64,000 bases of DNA from Flavobacteriales bacterium (GCA_019912395.1 JAIOIH010000085.1:1353-65352); one strand, 5' to 3'. Positions 28,451 to 39,075 are shown, counted from the stretch's first letter. Notes: generated from the letters alone by a model not told the origin. Numbers and translations: made by a program.

Positions 28451-29092
28451 CTAGATCCAGCAGCGGTCCACGGCATACTTCACCAAACCCGCCACACTGC
28501 GCACATTGATCTTGCCCATCAGGTTCTTCCGGTGGGTCTTTACGGTATCCTCGGAGATCTGCAAGGCGATGGAGATCTCGCCATTAGTGCGCTCCAGGGC
28601 CACCAGGCGGATGATCTCGCGCTCCCGAGCGGTGAGCCCGACGTACTCGCCGTCCACGCGCTTTTCCGTGTAGCGGTACCCTTTGGCGATGCTCTCGCGC
28701 GCAGCCGCACTGATGTAGGTGCCTCCGGCCATCACCGTCCTGATCGCCTCGGCAAGCTCCTCCCGGGGACCGTCCTTCACCACGTAACCGCTCGCTCCCT
28801 CGATCAGCATGCTGTTCACATATTCGATCTGCCGTAGGACCGAATGCGCCAACACCTTTACGCCGGGACTATGCAAGTGGAGATGCCGCGTGGTGTCGAT
28901 GCCGTCCATTTCGTGAAGGGAAACATCGATGAGCACCAGGTCCGCCTGGGTGGAACGCAGCATGTCCAGCAATTCCTTGCCCGTCTTGGAATGGCCCACC
29001 ACCTTGATATCAGGCGAGGAGGCCAAGCGAGCGGCGATCCCGATGGCCACCAATTCCTGCGTGTCAACTACGATAACCCGGATACTTTCCAT
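28451..29092 (-). CDS. Two-component response regulator, NarL/LuxR family (REC + HTH); no histidine kinase adjacent
   Basis: IRVIVVDTQELV...LVLIDVSLHEMDG...; C-terminal LTAREREIIRLVALERTNGEISIALQISEDTVKTHRKNLMGKI. Confidence 0.85.
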   Translation of the reverse strand: MESIRVIVVDTQELVAIGIAARLASSPDIKVVGHSKTGKELLDMLRSTQADLVLIDVSLHEMDGIDTTRHLHLHSPGVKVLAHSVLRQIEYVNSMLIEGASGYVVKDGPREELAEAIRTVMAGGTYISAAARESIAKGYRYTEKRVDGEYVGLTAREREIIRLVALERTNGEISIALQISEDTVKTHRKNLMGKINVRSVAGLVKYAVDRCWI

Positions 29093-29310
29093 TGTGGATG
29101 GGAATAAACAACGCCTGCAAGATACAGCGGATCCACGGGCGATCCTTCACCGAACGCCAAGCGTGCCGGCCAGCGGCGTTTTACGCTGGAGCTTGGGAAT
29201 GGTGCCGGGGCTCGGGGCCGAATGAAAAACCTCCGGGTACCTTACCTTGCCAACGTGCCGGTGACGATGAAGTCGTCAACCCCCGGAGCCGTTCCGTTCA
29301 CCTTTAAACC

Positions 29311-31743
29311 ATGTCCAGTGAATCAGAAGCCAACACCACCACAACTCCGGTAGTTCCTCGACCAAACGCGAACTTGGGCGCCATGCTCAGTGACACTGCC
29401 CTAGAGACCACCGAAATGGCCGCGCTCGCCGCACGCTTCGTCAACAGCACGGCGCGGCACGTCTTCCTTACCGGCAAGGCGGGTACCGGCAAGACCACCT
29501 TCCTGCACCAGCTCGCGCGAAGCACCCACAAGCGCTTCGTGATCCTGGCGCCCACGGGCATCGCGGCGCTCAACGCGAAGGGTGTCACCATTCATTCCCA
29601 GTTCCTCCTTCCCTTCGGCTCCTTCATTCCCGAACGGCAGCTGCCTGCGGACATTCCACCCTACGGTGCCTTCCACGATCGCGATACGCTCAATCGTCGG
29701 CATCCGCTGAATGCCATACGGCGCAATGTGTTGCGGGGCATCGATCTGCTGATCATCGACGAGGTGAGCATGCTGCGAGCGGACCTGCTGGACGCCATCG
29801 ATCAACGCATGCGCAGCGTGCGCGGTGTGCATGATCGTTCCTTCGGGGGGGTGCAGCTGTTGATGATCGGCGATCTCTTCCAATTGCCGCCTGTAGTGAA
29901 AGAGGATGAATGGCGCGTGCTGCGGAAATGGTACGACAGCGCCCACTTCTTCGAGGCCAGGGCGCTCAAGGAGGCAGGCTACGCGCACATCGAACTGGAC
30001 AAGATCTTCCGCCAGCAGGACGGTGACTTCATCGCCATCCTCAACAACCTGCGCAACAACACGGTGACCGCACAGGACGTGGCGACACTGAACACGCATT
30101 ACCGCGCGATCATTCCGCCCAGTGCATCCGAGGGTGTGATCACCCTCACCACCCACAACCGCAGTGCGGACGAGATCAACCAGCGCGCGCTGGACAAGCT
30201 CCCGGGCCGGTCCCATCGCTTCCTTGCCAAGGTGGAAGGGGATTTCCCCAAGAGCATGATCCCCGTGCTGGAGGACCTGGAGCTGAAGACGGGCGCGCAG
30301 ATCATGTTCATCCGCAACGATCCGGAGAAAGCCTACTTCAATGGCAAGCTAGCGAAGGTGACCGCTATCGAGGGGGAGAAGATCTCCGTGGAGATGATCG
30401 ATGATGGCTTGCCCTATACCTTGAAGAAGGAGACATGGGAGAACAAGCGCTACACGGTGAACGCCGCGACGAAGGAGCAGCAGGAAGAGGTACTAGGCAC
30501 CTATGAACAATATCCGGTGAAGCTCGCTTGGGCGATCACCGTACACAAAAGCCAGGGCCTCACCTTCGACAAGGCCATCATCGATGTGGGCAGCGCCTTC
30601 GCGCCGGGGCAGGTCTATGTCGCGCTCTCTCGATTGCGCACCTTGGGCGGCCTCACCTTGCGCACCCGCATCGATCCATCGGTGGTGAGCACGGACAAGG
30701 ACGTGATCGCCTTCAGTGAGCGGCAATACACCCAGCAACCGCTTCCCGAGCAACTGAAGGACCAGCAGCGGCACTACTTGCAGGCCGTGCTCTCCAGCAC
30801 GTTTGACCTGGGCGATATCCTGAAGAAAGTGGGCTTTACGCGGAAGGACCATGCCGAGGTGAGCGAATTCGAGGACGAGAGCATGAAGACCGCCTTGAGC
30901 CGCTTCGCCGATAAACTGGAGAAGGAAGCGGCCAACACGCACACCTTCCAGCACCAGCTGCTGCGCCTCTTGCACGCGGACGAACACACCACGCTCCTGG
31001 AGCGCATCGCGAAGGGAAGTGCATACTACGGCACCATGCTCCGCGATGCCATGAAGGACCTGCTGCAGCACCTCGCCCAAGTGGAGCAACTGAGCCGCAC
31101 CAAGGAATACGCATCGGACCTGCGCGAGCTTGATGGCATGTTGGTGAAGAAGCTCGGAATGATCGCCAAGGCGGAGCAACTCACCGCCTGCATCCTCAAG
31201 GGTGAGGACATCAAGCCGATGACGGAGCTGGAGAAGACCCTGAGTGAGCAGCGTATGGCCATGATCGCGGAGATCGCGCAATGGGCCGAGGAGAACAAGC
31301 CGAAGACCAGCACCAAGACCGGTAGGAAACGAGCAAGCCGATCGGAGGACGGCGTGTTCGTTGCCAAGAAGAAACGCGAGCGCAAAGGCAAAACGGTGAA
31401 GGGGGAGACCTACCGGAAAACCTATGCTTTATTGCAGGAAGGCAAGGACCTGGCCGCGGTGGCCAAAGAGCGGGAACTGACTGTGAGCACCATAGAAGGA
31501 CATGCCGCGAAAGGGATCGCCGCCGGTGAGGTGGAGATCGGCCAAGTGCTTGCCGACAGCATCCGCGACAAGGTCGCGGACTACATCCGCGCCAATGCGG
31601 AAGTGGGGACCAAGGACGTGCGCACGCATTTCGGCGATGCGTATAGCTTCGGGCAGATCCACATGGTGCAGGCGTGGCTGAAGCTGGAGGAACAGGACCC
31701 TGTGGTCCCGGACGGATCGGTCGATCGTGAATTGAAGACGTGA
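29311..31743 (+). CDS. PIF1/RecD-like ATP-dependent DNA helicase (AAA_30 + UvrD_C_2) with a C-terminal helix-turn-helix extension
   Basis: Walker A GKAGTGKTTFL, Walker B LLIIDEVSML, and the QGLTFD...VALSRLRTLGGL helicase C-terminal motif. Confidence 0.75.
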   Translation: MSSESEANTTTTPVVPRPNANLGAMLSDTALETTEMAALAARFVNSTARHVFLTGKAGTGKTTFLHQLARSTHKRFVILAPTGIAALNAKGVTIHSQFLLPFGSFIPERQLPADIPPYGAFHDRDTLNRRHPLNAIRRNVLRGIDLLIIDEVSMLRADLLDAIDQRMRSVRGVHDRSFGGVQLLMIGDLFQLPPVVKEDEWRVLRKWYDSAHFFEARALKEAGYAHIELDKIFRQQDGDFIAILNNLRNNTVTAQDVATLNTHYRAIIPPSASEGVITLTTHNRSADEINQRALDKLPGRSHRFLAKVEGDFPKSMIPVLEDLELKTGAQIMFIRNDPEKAYFNGKLAKVTAIEGEKISVEMIDDGLPYTLKKETWENKRYTVNAATKEQQEEVLGTYEQYPVKLAWAITVHKSQGLTFDKAIIDVGSAFAPGQVYVALSRLRTLGGLTLRTRIDPSVVSTDKDVIAFSERQYTQQPLPEQLKDQQRHYLQAVLSSTFDLGDILKKVGFTRKDHAEVSEFEDESMKTALSRFADKLEKEAANTHTFQHQLLRLLHADEHTTLLERIAKGSAYYGTMLRDAMKDLLQHLAQVEQLSRTKEYASDLRELDGMLVKKLGMIAKAEQLTACILKGEDIKPMTELEKTLSEQRMAMIAEIAQWAEENKPKTSTKTGRKRASRSEDGVFVAKKKRERKGKTVKGETYRKTYALLQEGKDLAAVAKERELTVSTIEGHAAKGIAAGEVEIGQVLADSIRDKVADYIRANAEVGTKDVRTHFGDAYSFGQIHMVQAWLKLEEQDPVVPDGSVDRELKT

Positions 31744-31847
31744 ACGGCCCCGTGTACTCCTCCCGATCTTTATTATTCACCGATCGTCGGGCGACCCTCC
31801 GTACCGGATTACCTTTGCGCCGTTAAAAACAAACACAGTAGAGTACA

Positions 31848-32039
31848 ATGGCAAGTGGTAAAGTAAAGTTCTTCAACACGGAGAAAGGATTCGGTTTCAT
31901 TACTCCGGACGAAGGCGGTAAGGACGTATTCGTCCATAAGACAGGCACCAGCGAATCCCTCTGGGAAGGTGATGCCGTCACCTACGAAGTGGAAGAGACC
32001 CCCAAGGGCCTCAGCGCGATCGACGTGCGCAAGGCCTAA
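31848..32039 (+). CDS. cspA: Cold-shock protein (CspA family)
   Basis: MASGKVKFFNTEKGFGFITPDEGGKDVFVHKT... Confidence 0.92.
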   Translation: MASGKVKFFNTEKGFGFITPDEGGKDVFVHKTGTSESLWEGDAVTYEVEETPKGLSAIDVRKA

Positions 32040-32063
32040 GGGTACTTACGTTCCGAGAATTAG

Positions 32064-32097
32064 GAAGCCCCGGCCTTGGTCGGGGCTTCGTCTTTGT
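32064..32097 (+). terminator. Rho-independent terminator of the csp gene (GAAGCCCCGGCC ttgg TCGGGGCTTC + GTCTTTGTC)
   Basis: GC hairpin followed by a T-rich tract. Confidence 0.6.
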
Positions 32098-32188
32098 CCC
32101 CTCAGCGGTCTTCCACGTACGGCGGAGACCCTGAGGTAACCAACACCGGGCATCAAGGTCCACTTCGTGAGACCTTGATGGAGCAAGA

Positions 32189-33214
32189 TCACACCGGCTG
32201 CGCCGCGTACTTGGCCTTTCCGTACTGTTTCGTGTAGAGGTCGTACACAATGCCATCCGCCAAGCCCACCTTGGGGACGAAGACCTCCTCGATCCCGGCC
32301 TCCTCCATCACGCGCAGAAAAATGTTCGCCGCCGGAATGATCACGTCCGCGCGGTCCGGGCGCAGGCGAAGTTGCTTCACGCGGTCCTCGAAGCTGTAGG
32401 CGGCAATGCGGTCCCGCTGCTTGCGGATATCCGCTCGCGACAGGGGTTCGCCGTAGCCATTCCGGTTCTCCTTGAAGATGCGGTTGATATTGCCGCCGGT
32501 ACCGATCGCCGTGAGCTTGGCACCACTGGAGCGGATCTCCGAAAGGAAACCGCTCATGGCAACCCACTCGCTTTCATCCACTTTGTGCTGGAGCAAACGC
32601 ACAGTGCCTACCTTGAACGAGGAGGAGTGCTTCCGTCTTCCATTCGCGATCCAGGTGAGCTCGGTACTTCCACCACCCACGTCGATGTAGAGATAGCTCC
32701 GGTCCTTCAGCAGGTCCTGTGTCCAGAAGGTGCTCATGATCAGGTCCGCCTCCATGCGCCCATCGATCAGCTCGATGCGGATGCCGCTCTCCTTCTCCAC
32801 GCGGGCCAGCACCTCGGCGCTGTTGGTGGCCTCGCGCATGGCGCTAGTGGCACAGCAGCGCAGGTAATGAGCGCCATGCACTTCGGTGAGGAGCCGGAAG
32901 GCCTTCAAGGCCTTGATGAGCTGGTCACGCTTCGCCGGGCTGATGGCGCCATTGTCGAACACGTCCGCACCCAAGCGGATCGGTACGCGCACCAATGAGG
33001 TCTTCTTGATCACCGGGTGATCATCGCGTTCCACCACATCGCCGATAAGCAAGCGCACCGCGTTGGAACCGATGTCGATGGCGGCGTATGTAAGGTCGCG
33101 ACTGATGGTGCGAAGGTAGGAGCGGGAGTTCGGAGGACGGCCCCATCGGTTACCGGCGACCGGGCTTTCCAGGCGATCAAGGAGAAGGAGAGGTGAGCTC
33201 GATAATGGCCATAT
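32189..33214 (-). CDS. ppx: Exopolyphosphatase / guanosine pentaphosphate phosphohydrolase (Ppx/GppA family, short form); start codon unresolved
   Basis: ...YAAIDIGSNAVRLLIG...YIDVGGGSTE... The only in-frame start codon listed in the track is over 100 codons upstream and would overlap the divergent abgT gene. See finding. Confidence 0.75.
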   Translation of the reverse strand: MWPLSSSPLLLLDRLESPVAGNRWGRPPNSRSYLRTISRDLTYAAIDIGSNAVRLLIGDVVERDDHPVIKKTSLVRVPIRLGADVFDNGAISPAKRDQLIKALKAFRLLTEVHGAHYLRCCATSAMREATNSAEVLARVEKESGIRIELIDGRMEADLIMSTFWTQDLLKDRSYLYIDVGGGSTELTWIANGRRKHSSSFKVGTVRLLQHKVDESEWVAMSGFLSEIRSSGAKLTAIGTGGNINRIFKENRNGYGEPLSRADIRKQRDRIAAYSFEDRVKQLRLRPDRADVIIPAANIFLRVMEEAGIEEVFVPKVGLADGIVYDLYTKQYGKAKYAAQPV

Positions 33215-33301
33215 GGGCGTTCGGCACCAACACGAAATGTCGTGTTGTGGTGCGGCTAAAAATGAAAAGACTTTCTTTGGCGGCTCACCGCAACCGGGAA
33301 C

Positions 33302-34831
33302 ATGGCCGAAACGACCAAACGCAGCGGGGTGGACCGCTTTCTCTCCATTATTGAACGGGCCGGGAACGCCCTGCCGCACCCTGCGACCCTCTTTGCGTTG
33401 CTCGCCTTTCTGGTGGTGCTGCTCAGCGGCCTCTTCAGCCTGACCGGTATCTCCGCGTTGCATCCCGGTACGGGTGAGACGATCACACCCTTCAACCTGC
33501 TCTCGGTGGAAGGCCTGCACATGATCCTGACCAAGATGGTGGTGAACTTCACGGCCTTCGCTCCCTTGGGTACCGTGCTCGTGGCCATGCTCGGCATCGG
33601 CATTGCGGAAGGCAGCGGTTTGATCGGTGCCGTGATGCGCGCGCTGGTGATGGCCTCGCCGAAGAAGCTGCTCACCTTCGTGGTCGTCTTCGCCGGTGTG
33701 TTGAGCAATACTGCCAGCGAGGTCGGCTATGTGCTGCTCGTGCCTCTGGCGGCAGTGATCTTCCTTGCGGCCGGGCGCCATCCGCTGGCGGGTCTTGCAG
33801 CAGCCTTCGCCGGTGTCAGCGGCGGATACAGTGCGAACCTGCTGCTCGGCACGATCGACCCGTTGCTTGCCGGACTGAGCCAGGAAGCAGCACGCATCAT
33901 CGATCCCACCTACTTGGTGAATCCCGCCTGCAATTACTACTTCATGTTCGTGAGCACCTTCCTGATCGCCGGGTTGGGCACCTGGGTCACGGAACGGATC
34001 GTGATACCACGATTGGGTGAATACAAAGGCGATGAGAAACCCGAAGAGCTCCGCAATGCGACAGCTGCTGAGAAACGCGGCATGAAATGGGCCTCGGTGG
34101 CGGTACTGATCTTCACCGCTGTGATCCTCGCCGGACTGCTACCCGCCGAAGGATTCCTGCGCGACCCGGAGACACACGAGATCCTGCATTCCCCGTTCAT
34201 GAGCGGTATCGTGGCGATGATCTTCATCAGCGCCGCGATCGCAGGTATCGCCTACGGTGTGGGTGCAAAGACCTTCAAGAGCGACAGCGATGTGATGGAC
34301 GGCATGGCGAAAAGCATGGAGACGCTCGGCAGCTACATCGTGCTCGTGTTCTTCGCCGCACAGTTCGTGGCCTATTTCAACTGGACCAACCTCGGCCTGA
34401 TCCTCGCCATCAAAGGTGCCGATGTGCTGAAGGCAGCGGACCTCGGTCCGATCGCCTTGATGTTGAGCTTCGTGATCGTCAGCGCGATGATCAACATGGT
34501 GATGGGCAGCGCCTCAGCGAAGTGGGCGATCATGGGACCGGTCTTCATCCCCATGTTCATGCTGCTAGGCTACACACCGGAGTTCACACAGATGGCGTAC
34601 CGCGTCGGCGATAGCGTCACCAACATCATCAGCCCCATGATGAGCTACTTCGCTTTGATCGTGGCCTTCATCGCACGGTATGACAAGAAGGCGGGGATCG
34701 GCACGGTGATCAGCACGATGCTCCCCTACTCCGTTGTGTTCCTGATCGGCTGGAGTGTGCTCTTGATCATCTGGGTTTGGCTTGAGTTGCCCATCGGCCC
34801 GGGTGCACCGATGTTCATGCCGGGTTCTTGA
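33302..34831 (+). CDS. AbgT family transporter (p-aminobenzoyl-glutamate transporter family)
   Basis: [36 protein letters not shown]... about 12 TM, 509 aa. Confidence 0.8.
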   Translation: MAETTKRSGVDRFLSIIERAGNALPHPATLFALLAFLVVLLSGLFSLTGISALHPGTGETITPFNLLSVEGLHMILTKMVVNFTAFAPLGTVLVAMLGIGIAEGSGLIGAVMRALVMASPKKLLTFVVVFAGVLSNTASEVGYVLLVPLAAVIFLAAGRHPLAGLAAAFAGVSGGYSANLLLGTIDPLLAGLSQEAARIIDPTYLVNPACNYYFMFVSTFLIAGLGTWVTERIVIPRLGEYKGDEKPEELRNATAAEKRGMKWASVAVLIFTAVILAGLLPAEGFLRDPETHEILHSPFMSGIVAMIFISAAIAGIAYGVGAKTFKSDSDVMDGMAKSMETLGSYIVLVFFAAQFVAYFNWTNLGLILAIKGADVLKAADLGPIALMLSFVIVSAMINMVMGSASAKWAIMGPVFIPMFMLLGYTPEFTQMAYRVGDSVTNIISPMMSYFALIVAFIARYDKKAGIGTVISTMLPYSVVFLIGWSVLLIIWVWLELPIGPGAPMFMPGS

Positions 34832-34932
34832 GTGATCGGACGATCAGAAAATCAGACGATCGGAAAATGATGGTCGCGTCGTCTGGTGCTCTTGGCTGAA
34901 CTGTTGCTTCCGTGTGGCGAGAATGCGGGGCT

Positions 34933-34999
34933 GTCCTATGTCCTATGTCTTTTGTCCTATGCTTCGACCAGCGGTGCATAGGACAAAAGACATAGGACA
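34933..34999. repeat. Composite hairpin element, family 1: GTCCTATG x3 / 13-nt loop / CATAGGAC x2. The perfect 24-bp stem is 34939-34962 paired with 34976-34999.
   Basis: Seen directly. Lies between the convergent abgT and valS genes. Confidence 0.65.
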
Positions 35000-35074
35000 A
35001 AAATCAATACCTCTGAAGTTCTGTCACGAGAACGGTACTCAATCATCTGATCTTCTGATCGTCCGACCGACCCT

Positions 35075-37744
35075 CTACCCGAGCACCGCCAAGCGCTCCT
35101 CGATCGCTTTGATCTTCGCCTCGGCATCGGCTTTCTTTTTGCGCTCGTTCTCCAGCACCTGCGGTGGTGCACCGCTCACGAAGCGTTCGTTGCTGAGCTT
35201 CTTCTCCACGCTGGCGAGAAAGCCCTTGGCGTATTTAAGTTCTTCCTCGGCCTTTTTGCGCTCGGCCTCGCTGTCCACATTGTCGCCGAGGTCTGCGGCG
35301 TATTCCGTGGTGCCCACGAGAAAGCTGATCGAACCGGCAGTGGGTGCGACAACTGTTTCGATCGCGGACACGTTCGCCAATTTCCCAACGAGCGCTTGTG
35401 TGGCCTCACCCAACGGGGATGTGCCTTTCACTTGCAAGGCCAGTGCTTCCTTCTGGCTGATGCTTCGCTCATTGCGCGTGTTGCGCACGGCGGTCACGAG
35501 GTCAAAGGCGTGTTGCATCTCGGCTTCCAGCTTGGGATCGCCGGTTCCGCTTTTCGGCCATTGGGCGATGATCACGGCATCCTTCGGGCTTTTGCGTTCA
35601 TTCAGGTGGCTCCATAGTTCCTCGGTCAGGAACGGCATGAAGGGATGGAGCAACTTCATCACGTCCTCGAACATGGCGATGGTGGCTGCGTACGTCGTGC
35701 GATCGATCGGTGCTGCAACGCCGTCAACGAAAGCAGGCTTGATGCTTTCCAAGTACCAACTGCAGAGATCGTCCCAGATCAGTTTGTACGTCGCCATCAG
35801 GGCCTCGCTGATCCGGAACTGCGCGAAGAGCCCATCGATCTCCGCAGTGGTCCGCGCGACACGACTGTGCAACCACGCTACCGCGGCGGCGCTCGACGCT
35901 GGTTGTTCGCGACCGTCCACGCTCCAACCTTTCACAAGTCGGAAGGCGTTCCAGATCTTGTTGCTGAAGTTCCTTCCCTGTTCACACAAGGAATCATCGT
36001 AGGGCAGATCGTTGCCTGCTGGTGAGGTGAGCAACATGCCCACGCGCACTCCGTCCGCGCCGTACTTCTCGATCAGCTCCAGCGGGTCCGGGCTGTTGCC
36101 CAGGCTCTTGCTCATCTTGCGTCCGATCTTATCGCGGACGATGCCGGTGAGGTACACGTTCCTGAACGGCACTTCCTTGCGGTATTCCAAGCCCGCCATG
36201 ATCATCCGCGCCACCCAGAAGAAGAGGATCTCCGGTGCGGTCACCAGATCGTTCGTCGGGTAGTAGTATTTGATGTCCGCGTTGTCCGGGTCCTTGAAGC
36301 CGTCGAATACGCTGATCGGCCAGAGCCAACTACTGAACCAGGTGTCCATGACATCCTCGTCCTGCTTCAAGCCGGTGGCATCCTGTCCCTTTGAAGTGAA
36401 CCACGAGATCGCTTCCGCCTCGGTCTTGCACACGGCCACATCGCCCTTCGCGTTGTACCACGCCGGGATCCGCTGGCCCCACCACAACTGGCGACTGATG
36501 CACCAGTCGCGCACGTTCTCCATCCAGTGGCGATAGGTGTTCGTGAATTTCTGCGGATGCAGTTTCACCGTGCCGTCCAACACCACATCGAGCGCTGGCT
36601 TGGCCAGTTGGTCCATCTTCAGGAACCACTGCAAGCTGAGGCGCGGTTCGATCACCGCGTCGGTGCGCTCGCTGTAGCCCACCTTGTTCACGATGTCCTC
36701 GGTCTTCACCAAGTGCTCCTTCGCCTCCAGCTCCTTCGCGATCTTCTTGCGCACGATGAAGCGATCCTCGCCAACGTAGAGTTGCGCTGCAGCGCTCATC
36801 GTCCCGTTCGGCTCCAGGATGTCGATCGATTCCAGCTTGTGCTTCTTGCCCAGCTCCTGGTCGTTCACGTCGTGCGCCGGGGTCACCTTTAACGCACCCG
36901 TTCCGAATTCGCGCTCCACGTACTCGTCGAAGATCACCGGGATGCTCCGGTTGATCAGCGGGACCAGCACGCGCTTTCCCTTCAAGTGGGCATAGCGCTC
37001 GTCCTCGGGATGCACTGCAACAGCAGTATCACCCAGAATGGTTTCAGGACGTGTAGTGGCAATGGTGATCCATTCCGTCTCGCCGTCAATTTTCTGATCT
37101 TCTGATCCACTGGTCGTCTGATCCACCCGGTAGCGCACGTGGTACAGCTTGGAGTTGACCTCCTTGTGGACCACCTCCTCATCACTCACCGCCGTCAGTG
37201 CAACGGGATCCCAGTTCACCATGCGCAGGCCCCGGTACACCAGTCCTTTCTTGTGCAGGTCGATGAAGACATCGATCACGGCCTCGCTGAGCGCGGGCTC
37301 CATGGTGAAGCGTGTGCGGTCCCAGTCGCAACTCGCACCCAACTTCTTTAGTTGCTCGAGGATGGTGCCGCCGTACTTCTCCTTCCACGCGAACGCATGC
37401 TTCAGGAATTCCTCCCGACCGATCGTGCTCTTCTTGATCCCCTGTTCCGCCAGCAGTCGCACCACTTTGGCTTCGGTGGCGATGCTCGCATGGTCGGTCC
37501 CCGGCACCCAGCAGGCGTTCTTGCCCTGCATCCGCGCGCGGCGGACCAGTACGTCCTGGATGGTGTTGTTGAGCATATGGCCCATGTGCAACACGCCCGT
37601 CACGTTCGGCGGCGGGATCACCACGGTGTACGGCTCGCGCTCGTCCGGCACGGAGCGGAAATAGCCGTTGTCCAGCCAATACTGGTACCACTTGTTCTCG
37701 ATGGCTTTCGCCTCGTAACGCTTGGGAAGTTCCATCTTTTCCAT
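35075..37744 (-). CDS. valS: Valine--tRNA ligase
   Basis: HMGH, KMSKS, and a C-terminal coiled coil. Start at MEKMELPKRYEAKAIENKWYQYW. Confidence 0.95.
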   Translation of the reverse strand: MEKMELPKRYEAKAIENKWYQYWLDNGYFRSVPDEREPYTVVIPPPNVTGVLHMGHMLNNTIQDVLVRRARMQGKNACWVPGTDHASIATEAKVVRLLAEQGIKKSTIGREEFLKHAFAWKEKYGGTILEQLKKLGASCDWDRTRFTMEPALSEAVIDVFIDLHKKGLVYRGLRMVNWDPVALTAVSDEEVVHKEVNSKLYHVRYRVDQTTSGSEDQKIDGETEWITIATTRPETILGDTAVAVHPEDERYAHLKGKRVLVPLINRSIPVIFDEYVEREFGTGALKVTPAHDVNDQELGKKHKLESIDILEPNGTMSAAAQLYVGEDRFIVRKKIAKELEAKEHLVKTEDIVNKVGYSERTDAVIEPRLSLQWFLKMDQLAKPALDVVLDGTVKLHPQKFTNTYRHWMENVRDWCISRQLWWGQRIPAWYNAKGDVAVCKTEAEAISWFTSKGQDATGLKQDEDVMDTWFSSWLWPISVFDGFKDPDNADIKYYYPTNDLVTAPEILFFWVARMIMAGLEYRKEVPFRNVYLTGIVRDKIGRKMSKSLGNSPDPLELIEKYGADGVRVGMLLTSPAGNDLPYDDSLCEQGRNFSNKIWNAFRLVKGWSVDGREQPASSAAAVAWLHSRVARTTAEIDGLFAQFRISEALMATYKLIWDDLCSWYLESIKPAFVDGVAAPIDRTTYAATIAMFEDVMKLLHPFMPFLTEELWSHLNERKSPKDAVIIAQWPKSGTGDPKLEAEMQHAFDLVTAVRNTRNERSISQKEALALQVKGTSPLGEATQALVGKLANVSAIETVVAPTAGSISFLVGTTEYAADLGDNVDSEAERKKAEEELKYAKGFLASVEKKLSNERFVSGAPPQVLENERKKKADAEAKIKAIEERLAVLG

Positions 37745-37913
37745 CAGGGCCGCGAAGGTAATCCGGAGGGTGGCCGCAGGTGTTGTTGGAATTTTTACCG
37801 CAATGACGCAACGAGCGCAATGGGAACGCAACGTGACCGTATGCGAACTTGCACTTGCTCATCCCCAGATCCGTGGAAGTTTGCACGTCCGAAGGAGTCG
37901 CGGCCAAGCGTTT

Positions 37914-37941
37914 TACATTCTACATTTTACATTCTACATTT
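37914..37941. repeat. Tandem heptamer (TACATTC TACATTT)x2 in the valS upstream / holA downstream intergenic region
   Basis: Seen directly. Confidence 0.5.
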
Positions 37942-37962
37942 TTCATTTCCTCCCGCTTCCCC

Positions 37963-38976
37963 TCACACCATCACTCGCACGAGCAACTCCCGCAGCAGCT
38001 CCCCGCCATCGGCGCTGGTGTTCCCCACGCCTTTGCTGCGGAGGTCCGCTTCGCGCAGCAGGTGCTGCACCTCGCGCAATTTTTCCGGCGGATAGAAGCG
38101 CGCGGCGTTGGCATAGTCCTTCACGAAGAAGGGAGGCACCTTCAACGCGTCAGCCAATTCACCTTGCTGCTTGCCGTGGTTGGCGTGTACGATACCCAGC
38201 TTGCTGAAGTAGGAGCTGAGCAGGCCCACGGTGAGGACCATGGGAGAATCCTTGTCGGTGGACAGGAAGTGCGCGATGCGTTGGGCCCGGGGATGGTCCT
38301 TTGCTCCGATGGCCTTTTGCAGCTCGAAGATGTTGTAGTCCTTGCTGATGCCCACGTTGCGTTCGATCAGCTCACCGGTGATGGTGCCACCCTCCTCGAT
38401 CACAATGCAGAGCTTTTCCACTTCGTTCGTGAGCTTGCCCAGATCGCTGCCGAGATGGTCCGCCAACAGTTTTGACTCCACCGGCCCGATCCGTCGCTTG
38501 TGGAAGGTGACGTACTTCTGGATCCATTCCGGCAGCTTTTCCTCCTTGAGCTTGTCGCTGGTGAATACCACCTGTTTTTTCGCAAGGTCCTTCAGCCATG
38601 CCTTGCGACCGTCCGCCTTCTTGTGCTTGTAGCAGATCACCAGCACCGTGGTGGGCATGGGGTTCTTGAAGTAGGCCTCCAGCTTGTCGAAGGCATCGAT
38701 CCGCCAAGTCTGCGCTTCGCGAAGCACCACTACCTGTCGCTCCGCCATCATGGGATAACGCAGGCAGGCATCCTTCACGGTTTCCGGGTCGGTATCACGA
38801 CCATAGAAGATCGTGAGGTTGAAATCCTTCTCGTGTTCCTGCAAGGCATGCAGTTCGATCTCCGCCGCCAGGCGATCGATGAAGAACGGCTCTTCGCCGT
38901 GCAGGAAATAAATTGGTTTGAACGCGCCAGCGGTGAAATCCTTCCGGATCTTCTTGAAATCGTCCGCTGTCCTCAT
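37963..38976 (-). CDS. holA: DNA polymerase III subunit delta
   Basis: FKKIRKDFTAGAFKPIYFLHGEEPFFIDRL...VLVICYKHKKADGRK. Confidence 0.85.
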   Translation of the reverse strand: MRTADDFKKIRKDFTAGAFKPIYFLHGEEPFFIDRLAAEIELHALQEHEKDFNLTIFYGRDTDPETVKDACLRYPMMAERQVVVLREAQTWRIDAFDKLEAYFKNPMPTTVLVICYKHKKADGRKAWLKDLAKKQVVFTSDKLKEEKLPEWIQKYVTFHKRRIGPVESKLLADHLGSDLGKLTNEVEKLCIVIEEGGTITGELIERNVGISKDYNIFELQKAIGAKDHPRAQRIAHFLSTDKDSPMVLTVGLLSSYFSKLGIVHANHGKQQGELADALKVPPFFVKDYANAARFYPPEKLREVQHLLREADLRSKGVGNTSADGGELLRELLVRVMV

Positions 38977-39075
38977 GGTACCAAGGTATTCATTCCGACC
39001 GGCCGTTCGCGCACATTCAGATCAGCGTTGATCTGTTCTTTCAGCGTCATCTGCGTTCCATTCGGCTCACTTGTC

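Noticed and set aside
34914-36002. 362-aa ORF starting inside the family-1 hairpin and running antisense through valS
   Set aside because: It overlaps a universally conserved aminoacyl-tRNA synthetase on the opposite strand, and it starts in a palindromic repeat.
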